Part shown: positions 1 to 9,993 of the stretch, in pieces | How positions within the stretch are numbered: the stretch's first letter is position 1 | Layout: each line of letters begins with the position of its first letter | Notes under the pieces: generated by a model | Told to the model about the DNA's origin: nothing | Seen by the model: the letters and a program-made list of their open reading frames with translations, nothing else | The model's database searches: none | Program-made: the position numbers and the translations under genes | From: an uncultured Pseudomonadota bacterium | GTDB lineage: Bacteria; Pseudomonadota; Gammaproteobacteria; Steroidobacterales; Steroidobacteraceae | Direction of reading: 5' to 3' | Length of the DNA: 64,000 nucleotides | Assembly (NCBI GenBank): GCA_963711635.1 | Contig: CAVQEZ010000011.1 | Coordinates: 61,832 to 125,831, forward strand

Positions 1-1904
1 GCGACCCCGCACCAGACAGCGTGCTGCTGTGGACGCGCCGCCAGCCGGCCGCCGGCGACCTCCGCGCGGCCTACCTACTCACCGTAGAGGTCGCGAAGGA
101 CCACGCATTCCACCACGTAGAAGTGCGCGGCGAAGCCGAGGTGACCGCCGACACCGACTGGACCTGCCGCTTCATGGCGGCCGGGCTCAGGCCCGCCACC
201 GAGTACTGGTACCGCTTCACCGACACCGGCGGCAACGGCAGCCGCGTCGGCCGCACGTTGACTGCACCCCGCGAGGGCGACGCGCGCCCGGTCCGTTTCA
301 CGTTCGTAAGCTGCCAGGACATGTCGATCGGCGCCGCGAACGCGTATCGCCGCATGATCTACGAGGACGAGCGCCGCCCGCGCGCCGAGCAGCTCGGCTT
401 CGTGCTGCACCTCGGGGACTTCATCTACGAGGTGATCAATTACGCGGATGAGATGCCGGAAGGCAAGTACCGCGGCCGCCGATTGCGCCCGCTGTTCAAG
501 TACCCCGACGGCGACAAGTTCCGCGACTACCACGTGCCCGTGACGCTCGCCGACTACCGCACGGTGTACCGGGCCTACCTCACCGACCCCGACCTGCAGG
601 ACGCGCGCGCCCGCTGGCCGTTCGTGCCGGTGTGGGACAACCACGAGTTCTCGTGGCAGGGGTACCAGAGCATCCAGGTCTTAGGCGGCGAGCAGCGCCC
701 CGCGCAGACCAAGAAGGTGGCGGCCAACCAGGCGTGGTGGGAATACCAGCCGGCGCGCGTCGCGCGGCCCGGCGCGAACCGCGACCGCTTCGAGGTGCCC
801 GCGGTCAAGGACACGCCGATCACGGAATACGACGAGAACGGCTTCGGCCGCGGCGCCGACAACCTGGCGGCCGTCGAGAGCCTCATCATCTACCGCGCGT
901 TCCGCTACGGCCGCAACGCCGAGCTGATCCTCACCGACAACCGCTCGTACAAGAACGCTGACGGTGACGGTTCCGCGATTGCGCCGGACGGATTCCCGAT
1001 GTTCATCGACGAGGACTCAGCGCGCGTACTCGATGACGGCCGCACCGCAAACGGCGGCAAGCCGCCCGCGACACTGCGTTTTGCCGGCAAGGATGTTCCC
1101 AACGCCGGCGTCGACCAGCCGATGCAGAGCTACCTCGGGCCGAAGCAGCGCGCGTGGCTCATCGACCGGCTGAGCGCCAGCCAGGCGCCGTGGAAGGTCT
1201 GGGGACACTCGTTCGGCACGCTCGCGTGGCGCACGGATCTCGCCAACCTGCCCGATGGAATGGGCCCCAAGTGGCCCGGCACCGGCTTCGCGCTGGCGAG
1301 CGGCGGCTACTACTCCGAGCACGCGCAGATCTACGACGTGTTGCGCAAGAAGGGGGTCACCGGGCTCGCGGTGGTGGCCGGCGACAAGCACTCGTTCTGG
1401 GCCGGTCTAACTTCCGCGGATCTGCCGCCTCGCGCCTACGACCCGGTGGGAGTCGAGTTCGTCACGGGGTCCATCTCGGCGCAGGGCCTGGTCGAGCTCG
1501 GCGACCGCATCGTGAAGCCAGACCACGCGCTGCGCGCGCTGTACTACACCGGCGAGCACCGCGAAATCCCGGCGATCAATTACACGATGCTGCATGGTGT
1601 GCGAGCTGCGCTGGCGCTATCGCGGACGAGCGCCGCCGAGGCGCGGAAGCTGCACAACCCCGCGGTCGCGCCGCATCTCAAGTTCGTGGATCTCGGCGGG
1701 CACGGGTATGGACTGGTCACGGTGACTGCTGATTGGCTCGAGACTGAGTTCGTGTGCATTCCGGTGCCGTTTGAACGCGGCGAGTCGGCGGATGGTGGGC
1801 CGCTGCGATACCGGGTGCGGCACCGCGTGAAGCGATGGAAGGCGGGGGAGCAGCCGAAGCTGGTACAGACGGTTGTCGAAGGGAACGCGGACTACTCGAT
1901 CTGA
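1..1904 (+). CDS. phoD: Alkaline phosphatase D (PhoD-like metallophosphatase), 5' end cut by the window edge
   Basis: The frame is open to nt 1. Translation from nt 3 reads DPAPDSVLLWTR, a PhoD N-terminal hallmark. A VWDNHEF metallophosphatase motif follows. The ORF is 627 aa. Confidence 0.85.
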   Translation, partial: DPAPDSVLLWTRRQPAAGDLRAAYLLTVEVAKDHAFHHVEVRGEAEVTADTDWTCRFMAAGLRPATEYWYRFTDTGGNGSRVGRTLTAPREGDARPVRFTFVSCQDMSIGAANAYRRMIYEDERRPRAEQLGFVLHLGDFIYEVINYADEMPEGKYRGRRLRPLFKYPDGDKFRDYHVPVTLADYRTVYRAYLTDPDLQDARARWPFVPVWDNHEFSWQGYQSIQVLGGEQRPAQTKKVAANQAWWEYQPARVARPGANRDRFEVPAVKDTPITEYDENGFGRGADNLAAVESLIIYRAFRYGRNAELILTDNRSYKNADGDGSAIAPDGFPMFIDEDSARVLDDGRTANGGKPPATLRFAGKDVPNAGVDQPMQSYLGPKQRAWLIDRLSASQAPWKVWGHSFGTLAWRTDLANLPDGMGPKWPGTGFALASGGYYSEHAQIYDVLRKKGVTGLAVVAGDKHSFWAGLTSADLPPRAYDPVGVEFVTGSISAQGLVELGDRIVKPDHALRALYYTGEHREIPAINYTMLHGVRAALALSRTSAAEARKLHNPAVAPHLKFVDLGGHGYGLVTVTADWLETEFVCIPVPFERGESADGGPLRYRVRHRVKRWKAGEQPKLVQTVVEGNADYSI

Positions 1905-2008
1905 TTCGAGAACTCACGGCGCCCGGCGGACGATATGTCAGCGCCACCTGGCGGGTAGGTCCACCCGGCTGAAGAATTGCACGGACTTTGCAACCGTTCG
2001 CGACGTGC

Positions 2009-3022
2009 TCATGGACGGAATTCCGCAGTCTCGTAATACCCCCTGGTAATGCCGCCCCCGGGACCCGGGGGATAACGAATGGTCATGATGCTGTCGCACA
2101 TCTGCTGGCCGAAGCCGGGGACGTCGGTGAAGTCGCTGGCAATCACCTCGCACTTGGACACCGCGCCGCTGTTCATCGTGGAAACCGAGAACACGATGCG
2201 GCCTTCGAGCCCGGGATTCGCTGCGAGCGTCTTGCGATACAGGTCATCGAGTACGGCCTTCTTGTGATCCTCGAAGGGGTTCGGCTTCGACGGGTCCGGT
2301 TTGTCTTTCGGCATCGGCAGCGTCTTGGCCTTGCCTACACACGCATCCTCGGCGGGCGCGGTGCAGTACAGCCAGCCATTGCGATCCCGCCGGATCACGT
2401 AGGCGCTTTCCAATACCTGACCCTCACCGCGTTCATTCTTGCAGTTCTGCCCCATGTCGAAGCTGCTGGAGACGCGCAGCATGTGCAGCCAGCCGGGATT
2501 CGATTCGACCTTGTAGAAGCCGACACGGTAATTCAGCACCGAAGTTCCGCTGCGCACGTCGATGGTCTGGCGCGGCGCCTCGAACAACTGGATGTCTTCG
2601 CAACGGCCGTTGGAGTACTTCACCTTCCATTGACCGAGAATCCAGCCCGGCATCGGCACCTTGCCGGGCAGGTCGAACAGCGGCGACGTGCTCCACACAC
2701 CATCCTTGCCGGTGACGCGCAGGAATTCGTGCTCGTAATTCGATTTGTTGACGCTCTCGAAGACGCCGTCCGCGCTCACCACCTTGCCCTGACGAAAATC
2801 CCCGGTGAGTCGCAGCGTGCCGCCACCGGACGCTGTGCCTTTTCCTTCCGCCTTTCCGTTGACGCATTGCCCGGTCCACGTCGCCACGCCGACCTGGTAC
2901 CAGTCCGGCAGTTCGTACTCACAGCTGTTCGGGACCGAACGCACCGTGCCGGCCGCGCTGCGTTCAGTCAGCAACAGCAACGCCGCGATCGACGCGGCGA
3001 ATACACTCACTCGATATGACAT
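2009..3022 (-). CDS. Secreted hypothetical protein; the C-terminal ~80 aa resemble an AgmX/PglI/TonB-C-type domain
   Basis: ATG at 3022 is preceded by GAGGA. The N-terminus has a hydrophobic signal (VSVFAASIAALLLL). The C-terminus reads GRIVFSVSTMNSGAVSKCEVIAS...IRYPPGPGGG. The family call is a guess. Confidence 0.55.
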   Translation of the reverse strand: MSYRVSVFAASIAALLLLTERSAAGTVRSVPNSCEYELPDWYQVGVATWTGQCVNGKAEGKGTASGGGTLRLTGDFRQGKVVSADGVFESVNKSNYEHEFLRVTGKDGVWSTSPLFDLPGKVPMPGWILGQWKVKYSNGRCEDIQLFEAPRQTIDVRSGTSVLNYRVGFYKVESNPGWLHMLRVSSSFDMGQNCKNERGEGQVLESAYVIRRDRNGWLYCTAPAEDACVGKAKTLPMPKDKPDPSKPNPFEDHKKAVLDDLYRKTLAANPGLEGRIVFSVSTMNSGAVSKCEVIASDFTDVPGFGQQMCDSIMTIRYPPGPGGGITRGYYETAEFRP

Positions 3023-3253
3023 CAGTTGTCCTCGCGTTCCGTGACGATCGGCCGCGCCGTTGAACTGCATCTTCCCGCGCCCGGCCTTCTTGATCTGGAT
3101 ATCCGCGCGTTGCTCGGCCAGACGCCGCTGCAGCAGCAACAGTAGCACCTCGATATTGTCCTGCACGTTGGCAGGCGCAGCCCGGGCGCAAGTCGCAATT
3201 CGCGATTGGGGGGCCCAGCCCTGAGGGTAGTCAGGCTCTATCCTCAGCGCGGC

Positions 3254-4330
3254 CTACTCGATCTGATTTGCGTTAACGAGATGCTTCCGCAGAAACGGCA
3301 GCACTCGCTCGGCAAACCTCCCATCCTCCGTCCACGTCCGATTCCACGGATCCCCCCGATACTCCTCCGCCTCATGCTCTACGCCTAAGTCCTCCAATTT
3401 CCTGCTGAACTCCCGGTTCGAAATCACATGCGCCTGCGTCGTATCGAACCTTCCCCAATCCAGCGCCAAACCGCGCATCGATCGCAACGCCGCCGCCGAT
3501 TGCGCAAGCGTCTCATCCAACAAGAACGACTTCTGCATCGCCATCGCGCGGTCCGGGTTGTACGCCGCCTTTCCGTCCTTCATCTCCGTGTAGAAGTCGC
3601 AGAAGCAGGGCGGTGCCGCGACGTTCGGCGCGAACGCCTGGTGGATAGCCCAGAAGATCTGCGTGCGCCCGAGGCCGCCGAGCTCACCGTACGTCTTCGC
3701 CGCATGCATGCGCGGCCAATCGATCTCCAGCGACGACCACGGGATATCGCCCGCACCGGTCGCAACTGGATGCATCGCATACGCGACGCTGAACACATCA
3801 GCCTTCGCCATCGCGAGCTTCAGCGCGCCGCGTCCGCCGAAGAAGTCCCCGACGACGGCACGGCTGTCGCGCCGCGCGAGCGTGCGGTACTTTGCGTCGA
3901 CCAAGGGAACGACCTCGTCGACGGTGTAGTCGATCCACCGCCCGCTGACGGGCGAGTTCTCGTAGAGACTGCCGGTCGTGGGCCCGGTGTAATCGGCGAC
4001 GACGAAGATGAACTCCTGCACGACGCCATCCGCGAACGCGTGCTCGATCAACCGTTGCGCGCGACCATCCTCGATCATCCGCTTCGGCCCATACCACGCG
4101 TTGTGCAGGAAATACACGACGGGGTAGCGCTGCTTCGACTTCGCGTAGCCGGGCGGCAGCAGCACCTTGATCGCGCGCTCGGGATCGAGGCCGATGCGGT
4201 TGTCGCGCAGGACGGTGGAGACGAACGGTTCATCGACGACGGTGACCCGCGGTGGTGCAGGATCGCGCGCCAGCGCCGGCAGCGCGATGAGCAAACCAGC
4301 GACCCGCAGGAAGGCGTTCTTCGGAAACAT
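3254..4330 (-). CDS. Secreted putative-esterase family protein (esterase D / enterochelin esterase-like alpha/beta fold) with a degenerate nucleophile elbow
   Basis: Signal peptide MFPKNAFLRVAGLLIALPALA. The YPVVYFLHN and VVGDFFGGRGALKLA blocks align to the GHSMGG elbow of this family. ATG at 4330 has a GGAG SD. Confidence 0.7.
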   Translation of the reverse strand: MFPKNAFLRVAGLLIALPALARDPAPPRVTVVDEPFVSTVLRDNRIGLDPERAIKVLLPPGYAKSKQRYPVVYFLHNAWYGPKRMIEDGRAQRLIEHAFADGVVQEFIFVVADYTGPTTGSLYENSPVSGRWIDYTVDEVVPLVDAKYRTLARRDSRAVVGDFFGGRGALKLAMAKADVFSVAYAMHPVATGAGDIPWSSLEIDWPRMHAAKTYGELGGLGRTQIFWAIHQAFAPNVAAPPCFCDFYTEMKDGKAAYNPDRAMAMQKSFLLDETLAQSAAALRSMRGLALDWGRFDTTQAHVISNREFSRKLEDLGVEHEAEEYRGDPWNRTWTEDGRFAERVLPFLRKHLVNANQIE

Positions 4331-4464
4331 GAGGTGGCTCCGTGAGTAGGAGCCCCGATTTTGCGAAGCCGACCGCGGCAAAGCGTCCGAACCGTCGGCT
4401 GATACGTTCGTACGCCGCCGGGCCCGTGGAAACAATTCCACCAACCCGATACGCTCAGCCCCGC

Positions 4465-5632
4465 ATGACCACACTCCAAAGCTCGTTCTACGCGGCAGCC
4501 ATCATCAGTTGCCTGCTCTGCGCGTTCGTGGTCGGCGGCAACCGCGCGCCCAGACAATTCAAGTATCTCGTCGTGTACCTGGTGCTGGAATCGCTGCGGT
4601 ACGGCTTCCAGTGGCTGATGATCCAGCCCGCGGCGCCCGCCAAATCGCTGTGGCTGGGACTCCTTTTCGTATCTTCGTTCCTGGTCGCGCCCGCGCTCTG
4701 GATGTTCGCGCGCGAGATCGCCGAAGACCGGACGCCGTCGCTGCGACACCTGCGCGGCCCGCATCTCGCAGTGATCCTCGCTGGCGCGCTGCTGACGATG
4801 CCGCTGCTGCTGCGCACGCACCTCGGAACCACTTACGAGAATCCGAACGACATCGCCACTCCGCTGCACAGCCTGTTCATCCACTCGACGATGCTCGCGG
4901 CCATCTTCCTCTTTCTCTGCCAGGTGCCTTACTACCTGACCGCCTGCCTGAGACTGCTCGGCAACCACGTCGCTCTTTCCAAGGCGATGTTCTCCGTCGT
5001 CGAGCCGAGCTCGGTGAAGACGCTGCGGCTGCTGATCTTCATCGTCTGCACGAACTGGCTGGTCGGTTTGCTGCGCGCGTTGTATTGCCTGACGCTGGGA
5101 GCCGATAACGGCGTCGGCATCGTGTTCTGCGCGCTCGAGGTCGGCGTGACCGCCGCGGTCGTGTTCGCGCTGATGCGCCGGACGACGATCTTCAGCATCG
5201 AAGACCGCGCGCTCGCGCAGGAGCTGACCGTCTCGACCAAGTACGCGCGCTCGGCGCTCGACCTGCCGGCCCGCTCGCGGATCCGGCGCAAGCTCGACGG
5301 AAGCGATGAGCACGGGCCGTCTGCATCGCGACAGCAGCGTGACGCTTCGCGCGCTCTGCGAATCGCTGAAGGAAAACCCGCACTACGTGTCGCAGGTCAT
5401 CAACCAGGACCTCGAGACCAATTTCTACGACCTGATCAAGAAACATCGCGTCGAGGATGCGATGAACGCGCTCGTCGCCGAGCCGGACAAGTCCGTGCTC
5501 GACATCGCGCTCGACGTGGGGTTCAACTCGAAGTCCACGTTCAACGCGGCGTTTCGCCAGCATGCCGGCATGACGCCGCGCGAGTTCCGCGCCTCGCGCA
5601 GGAACGCGCAGGAACCCGCCCAGTTTCACTGA
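4465..5632 (+). pseudogene. AraC/XylS-family regulator with an N-terminal multi-TM domain; one extra base near 5298 splits it into two frames
   Basis: The membrane part is in frame 1 up to ...RIRRKLD. The AraC HTH (LRALCESLKENPHYVSQVINQ...STFNAAFRQHAGMTPREFR) is in frame 2 from about 5300. Confidence 0.75.
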
Positions 5633-5702
5633 GCGCTCGTCGATTCGTCCGGGCCGATCGGATCGGACGATCCGGCGGCGCGTCACGTCGATGCTTTAGC
5701 GA

Positions 5703-6239
5703 ATGACATTCCCGAGATTGATTCCCTGGTTCCTTTGTGCGCTCTCGACCGCGCTGCTCGCCCAGTCGTCGGTCGACGCTGCCGCCAAGGCGCAGCCGGC
5801 CAATCCGTTCTCCAGATTTCTGGGCGAGTGGACACTCAAAGATGACGCCTGGTCGCACAACTGGGGCGGGGACAGCGAGAAGATCAAGATCCCCAATCAC
5901 CACACGCTTTGCAGGGCGATCAACACGGATAACAGCGTGCTGTGCGTCGTCGATACGCCGCCTGCCGGACACATCCTGTGGGCTTTCAATCCGGTCAGGA
6001 AGATCGTGCATCACCTGTCCAGCTTCGGCGAGCTGCGCATCGGCACGGGTCAGGGTTCGCTCAATGACAAGGGCGACCTTCGATTGAAAGTGTCGTTCGA
6101 AGGCGAGGCGCCGGGGACTTACCGGATTTACGACTACGTCTGGGTAAGCGCCGACGAGTACGACATGCAGTCCGTCCAGTACGATGCGAGCGGCAAGGCG
6201 ACCGGGCTCTTCTACGGCGGCCGGTTCGTTCGTAAATAG
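5703..6239 (+). CDS. Secreted hypothetical protein
   Basis: Sec signal MTFPRLIPWFLCALSTALLAQS. The 178-aa ORF has typical high GC3. No family was recognised with confidence. Confidence 0.5.
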   Translation: MTFPRLIPWFLCALSTALLAQSSVDAAAKAQPANPFSRFLGEWTLKDDAWSHNWGGDSEKIKIPNHHTLCRAINTDNSVLCVVDTPPAGHILWAFNPVRKIVHHLSSFGELRIGTGQGSLNDKGDLRLKVSFEGEAPGTYRIYDYVWVSADEYDMQSVQYDASGKATGLFYGGRFVRK

Positions 6240-6288
6240 ACGCGCAACGCGCGTACGATGGGCACCACTAACAAAAGGGTGCCTGCGC

Positions 6289-7194
6289 ATGCGTTATCTA
6301 CTGGTCGCGTTGATCCTATGGCCGTTGCTGGGCCAGGCCGCCGAACCCGCCGCTGCTGCCGCACCGATGAAAGCGGTGCTGGTGACCGGCGCCAGCACCG
6401 GCATCGGCCGCAATCTCACCGAGCATCTGGCCGCGGCCGGATACTTCGTCTACGCGGGCGCGCGCAAGGATGCGGACCTCGCGGAGCTCGGCAAGATCAG
6501 AAACGTGCAGCCGATCAGGCTCGACGTGACCAAACAAGCCGACGTGGACGCGGCGGTGGCGGAAGTCACGAAGGCCGGGCGCGGATTGTGGGGGCTCGTG
6601 AACAATGCCGGCGTCGCGACACCGGGCCCGGCGATGGAGATGAGCATGGCGGAGTTCGACCTCACGATGCAGGTGAACGTCTACGGTCCCTTTCGCATGG
6701 CGCGGGCCTTTCGCCCGCTGCTGGCCGAATCCAAGGGCCGCATCACGAACATCGGCTCGATCTCCGGCATCCTCGCGAGCGCGCGGCTGAATGCGTATTC
6801 GATCAGCAAACACGGCATCGAAGCCTTCACCGATTCACTCGCCGCCGAGCTCGCGCCGCAGGGCGTGATCGTGAACGTGGTGGAACCCGGCAATTTCAAT
6901 TCCGCGATCGGCGCCAGCGCAACGCAACGCACGGGCGTCACGACCACTTTCACCGATCGCAGCAAGTACAAGGAGCCCGACGAAGTGTCGGCCGCGATCA
7001 TGCTGGCGCTGTTCGAAGAGAAACCGAAACGCCGCTACATGGTGACGCCGGATCAGAAAGAGGCGGAAATCACGATCCGCAAGCAACTCGAGCAACTCGC
7101 GCAGCTCAACGAGGACCAGCCGTACAGTTATTCGCGCGATGCGCTGGTGAAGATGCTGGATGAGGCGCTGGCGGGGACGCGGCCGAAGAAGTAG
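6289..7194 (+). CDS. SDR-family oxidoreductase with an N-terminal signal/anchor
   Basis: TGASTGIG cofactor motif, NNAG, and the catalytic YSISKHG (YxxxK). ATG at 6289. Confidence 0.85.
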   Translation: MRYLLVALILWPLLGQAAEPAAAAAPMKAVLVTGASTGIGRNLTEHLAAAGYFVYAGARKDADLAELGKIRNVQPIRLDVTKQADVDAAVAEVTKAGRGLWGLVNNAGVATPGPAMEMSMAEFDLTMQVNVYGPFRMARAFRPLLAESKGRITNIGSISGILASARLNAYSISKHGIEAFTDSLAAELAPQGVIVNVVEPGNFNSAIGASATQRTGVTTTFTDRSKYKEPDEVSAAIMLALFEEKPKRRYMVTPDQKEAEITIRKQLEQLAQLNEDQPYSYSRDALVKMLDEALAGTRPKK

Positions 7195-7197
7195 CGG

Positions 7198-8247
7198 TCA
7201 AGGCGCTTTCACGAGCGTGACGGTACCCTCCGCTCGATTCGTCACCCGCACACGCCCGTTCATCGCGTCACCGTCTATCCACCCCGCGAGTGTCACCGCC
7301 GCCGGCCCTGCGGGCCCCATCGCCGGATTCGCCGGGAAAATGCCTTCGAACTCGATTTCCACGTAGCCGTTCCGCCACCGTCCCTTGACGGGCAGATCAT
7401 TGCCGAACGTGCCGGTCCAGCTACCAACCAGGGTCTCAGCCTCACGGGTCAGCTTCAATGTGCCTTCCATCGGCACGGCATCGGTGACGGCCTTCGCGCG
7501 CCATTCGCCGGCCGCTTCGCCACCATTGCTCACGGCCGCTGGCTTCGCATGCGTAACGCGCAGGTTCGAGAACCAGGTGGTTTGCCCCGGGAAGCCCCAC
7601 AACGCGACGTGACCGGCCAGGTCTTCGCCCTTCAGTCCCTGCACGATGAGCGCGGGTTGCGGCGCGCCGTTGATGAACAATTTCGCGTCCCGCCCCGTGA
7701 CGTCGATCTTCAGATGCGTCCAGGCTCCCGTCTCCAGCGGTACGTACGCTTCGTACACCGAAGGCCATGCGCGGCGCAGTAGCGGCCAGCCGAAGCCGGG
7801 TTCGGCCACGTATTGAACCGAATGATTGCGCTTGGCCTGATCCGGGGACGTTGCGTTGCCGGGACGCAGATAAAACAGCTCATAGCCGCTGACATCGTCG
7901 CGGGCGCGAAACGCAATTCCACCGAACCCTGGGGCACCAGGAAACAGCGGCGTGGTGATCTCGATTGCCATGTCCGCCTCGATGACGCCGTCCCGGAAAT
8001 TCACGCCGGGCAGCACCGCATACCCTTCGCCGCGCGCGGGCTGCACGACCCGTAGGGCCTTGCGGCCACGGTACTCGCCCGTGGAAACCGTCACGCCGTG
8101 TTCGCGGATTCCATCAACATTGGCAAACTTGAATGCCTGGGTGCGTGGTAGCTCGCCAGCCTGCAGTCCAACGCCTGGTGCGACTGCGAGCAGCGCGACC
8201 GGCAGCCTGAGCAGCCTTGCGTGGAAACGAGATCCTGTGGTCGACAT
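7198..8247 (-). CDS. Secreted DUF1080-like protein (3-keto-disaccharide hydrolase / ConA-like lectin fold) with an extra C-terminal domain
   Basis: Has a signal peptide. The block TGAWTHLKIDVTGRDAKLFINGAPQ...VALWGFPGQTTWFSNLRV is typical of DUF1080. Confidence 0.6.
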   Translation of the reverse strand: MSTTGSRFHARLLRLPVALLAVAPGVGLQAGELPRTQAFKFANVDGIREHGVTVSTGEYRGRKALRVVQPARGEGYAVLPGVNFRDGVIEADMAIEITTPLFPGAPGFGGIAFRARDDVSGYELFYLRPGNATSPDQAKRNHSVQYVAEPGFGWPLLRRAWPSVYEAYVPLETGAWTHLKIDVTGRDAKLFINGAPQPALIVQGLKGEDLAGHVALWGFPGQTTWFSNLRVTHAKPAAVSNGGEAAGEWRAKAVTDAVPMEGTLKLTREAETLVGSWTGTFGNDLPVKGRWRNGYVEIEFEGIFPANPAMGPAGPAAVTLAGWIDGDAMNGRVRVTNRAEGTVTLVKAP

Positions 8248-8428
8248 GGTCTGATCTCCCGGTAACTACGGGAGCAGACCCGGCGAGCCTGGCAAATCTT
8301 TCAGCGGTCGCGCCGAAGCGACCGTGGCCTACGTCGAGCCGTGACAGCCGCGCGTCGCAAGAGTGGATTCCAGCGGGCGCGCGGGCCGGCGCAGAGGTGG
8401 TGATGAGCGAGATACACTGCCGCCGGTC

Positions 8429-9898
8429 ATGCGGCTCGGTCTCCAAAACACTTATTCCGCACTGCCTTCGCGGTTCTACGCGCGGGTCGCGCCGGCGCCT
8501 GCAAAGGATCCACGGCTAGTCGTTTTCAACTCCCGTCTGGCTGAAGAGCTCGACTTCGATCCAGCCGTCCTCGAACACGAAGGCGCAACCTGGTTTTCAG
8601 GCAATCAAACGCCCGATGATGCCGACCCGATCGCTTTGGCCTACGCGGGTCATCAGTTCGGCGGCTTCGTGCCGCAACTCGGTGATGGTCGCGCCATTCT
8701 GCTCGGAGAACGGGTGGGACGCGACGGCGTGCGGCGCGACATCCAGCTCAAGGGCTCGGGACGGACGCCGTTCTCGCGCAATGGCGACGGACGCGCAGCG
8801 CTCGGGCCCATGCTGCGCGAGTACCTCATCAGCGAAGCGATGCATGCGCTCGGCGTTCCGACCACGCGCTCTCTCGCGGTAGTCACGACCGGCGAGCAGG
8901 TTGTCCGCGAGGATCTTCAGCCAGGGGCCGTGCTGACGCGCGTGGCTGCCAGTCACATTCGTGTCGGCACCTTCGAGTACTTCGCGGCTCGCAACGATCG
9001 CGATGCAGTCGGTCAGCTACTCGACTACGTCATCACACGACACTATCCGGAAGCGCGGGGCGCCGACGTTCCCGCGCTGGCGGTGCTCGAAGCCGTCGTG
9101 CAGCGCCAGGCCGCGCTCATTGCGGATTGGATGAGCGTGGGCTTCATCCATGGCGTCATGAACACGGACAACATGGCCATCTCGGGTGAGACCATCGACT
9201 ACGGACCGTGCGCATTCATGGATCACTATGATGCGAACACCGTTTTCAGCTCCATCGACCATGCCGGGCGGTATGCGTATGGCAATCAGCCCGCCATTGC
9301 GCAATGGAATCTCGCGCGGTTCGCCGAAACCCTGCTTCCGCTCATCGATTCGGACATCGGGAAAGCAGTCGAGCTCGCGACAGCGGTCGTCAAGGACTTC
9401 ATGCCGGTTTTCGATGCTCAGCTCCTGACACGCATGCGGCGCAAGATCGGCCTGGCGAGCGAAAAGGAAAGCGATGTCGAGCTCGTCAGCGCCCTGTTTG
9501 CAACGATGCAATCGGCCGGTGCTGATTTCACGCTGACGTTTCGCCGCCTCGCGCGGTGCGCCGACGAACCGGCCAATGACGCCTCGCTACTCGAGCTGTT
9601 CGCATCCTCCTCTGGCATCGCGGATTGGCTGCGGCGCTGGCGCGAGCGCCTCGCAAGCGAGCCGCAGAATGCCGCGGAGCGCGCCGCGAACATGCGCCGC
9701 GTGAATCCCGCATTCATTCCGCGCAACCACCGGGTGGAGGCCGCGCTCGAAGCAGCCTCCACGCACGGGGACTTCGGGCCGTTTCACCAGCTCCTGAACA
9801 TCCTCGAGCATCCTTACGACGATCAGCCTGGCTGCGGTGAGTTCGAGCAGCCGCCGGCGCCGGCCGAACGCGTGCTTCGGACGTACTGCGGCACTTGA
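8429..9898 (+). CDS. selO: Protein adenylyltransferase SelO (YdiU / UPF0061)
   Basis: YAGHQFGGFVPQLGDGRAILLGE, IHGVMNTDNMAISGETIDYGPCAFMD and NPAFIPRNH are diagnostic SelO blocks. Confidence 0.9.
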   Translation: MRLGLQNTYSALPSRFYARVAPAPAKDPRLVVFNSRLAEELDFDPAVLEHEGATWFSGNQTPDDADPIALAYAGHQFGGFVPQLGDGRAILLGERVGRDGVRRDIQLKGSGRTPFSRNGDGRAALGPMLREYLISEAMHALGVPTTRSLAVVTTGEQVVREDLQPGAVLTRVAASHIRVGTFEYFAARNDRDAVGQLLDYVITRHYPEARGADVPALAVLEAVVQRQAALIADWMSVGFIHGVMNTDNMAISGETIDYGPCAFMDHYDANTVFSSIDHAGRYAYGNQPAIAQWNLARFAETLLPLIDSDIGKAVELATAVVKDFMPVFDAQLLTRMRRKIGLASEKESDVELVSALFATMQSAGADFTLTFRRLARCADEPANDASLLELFASSSGIADWLRRWRERLASEPQNAAERAANMRRVNPAFIPRNHRVEAALEAASTHGDFGPFHQLLNILEHPYDDQPGCGEFEQPPAPAERVLRTYCGT

Positions 9899-9993
9899 GT
9901 TACTGTTCACGACGTGTGAATTGCCTGCGATCATGCTGCGTACGAAGCCTAAACTCAGCCCCGGACATCGAACGATTCAACGAAGGGGGCTTC

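Noticed and set aside
3023-3166. A 48-codon N-terminal extension of the 2009-3022 gene (GTG at 3166), which has high GC3.
   Set aside because: There is no SD before 3166, whereas ATG 3022 has GAGGA at good spacing and is followed directly by a signal peptide.
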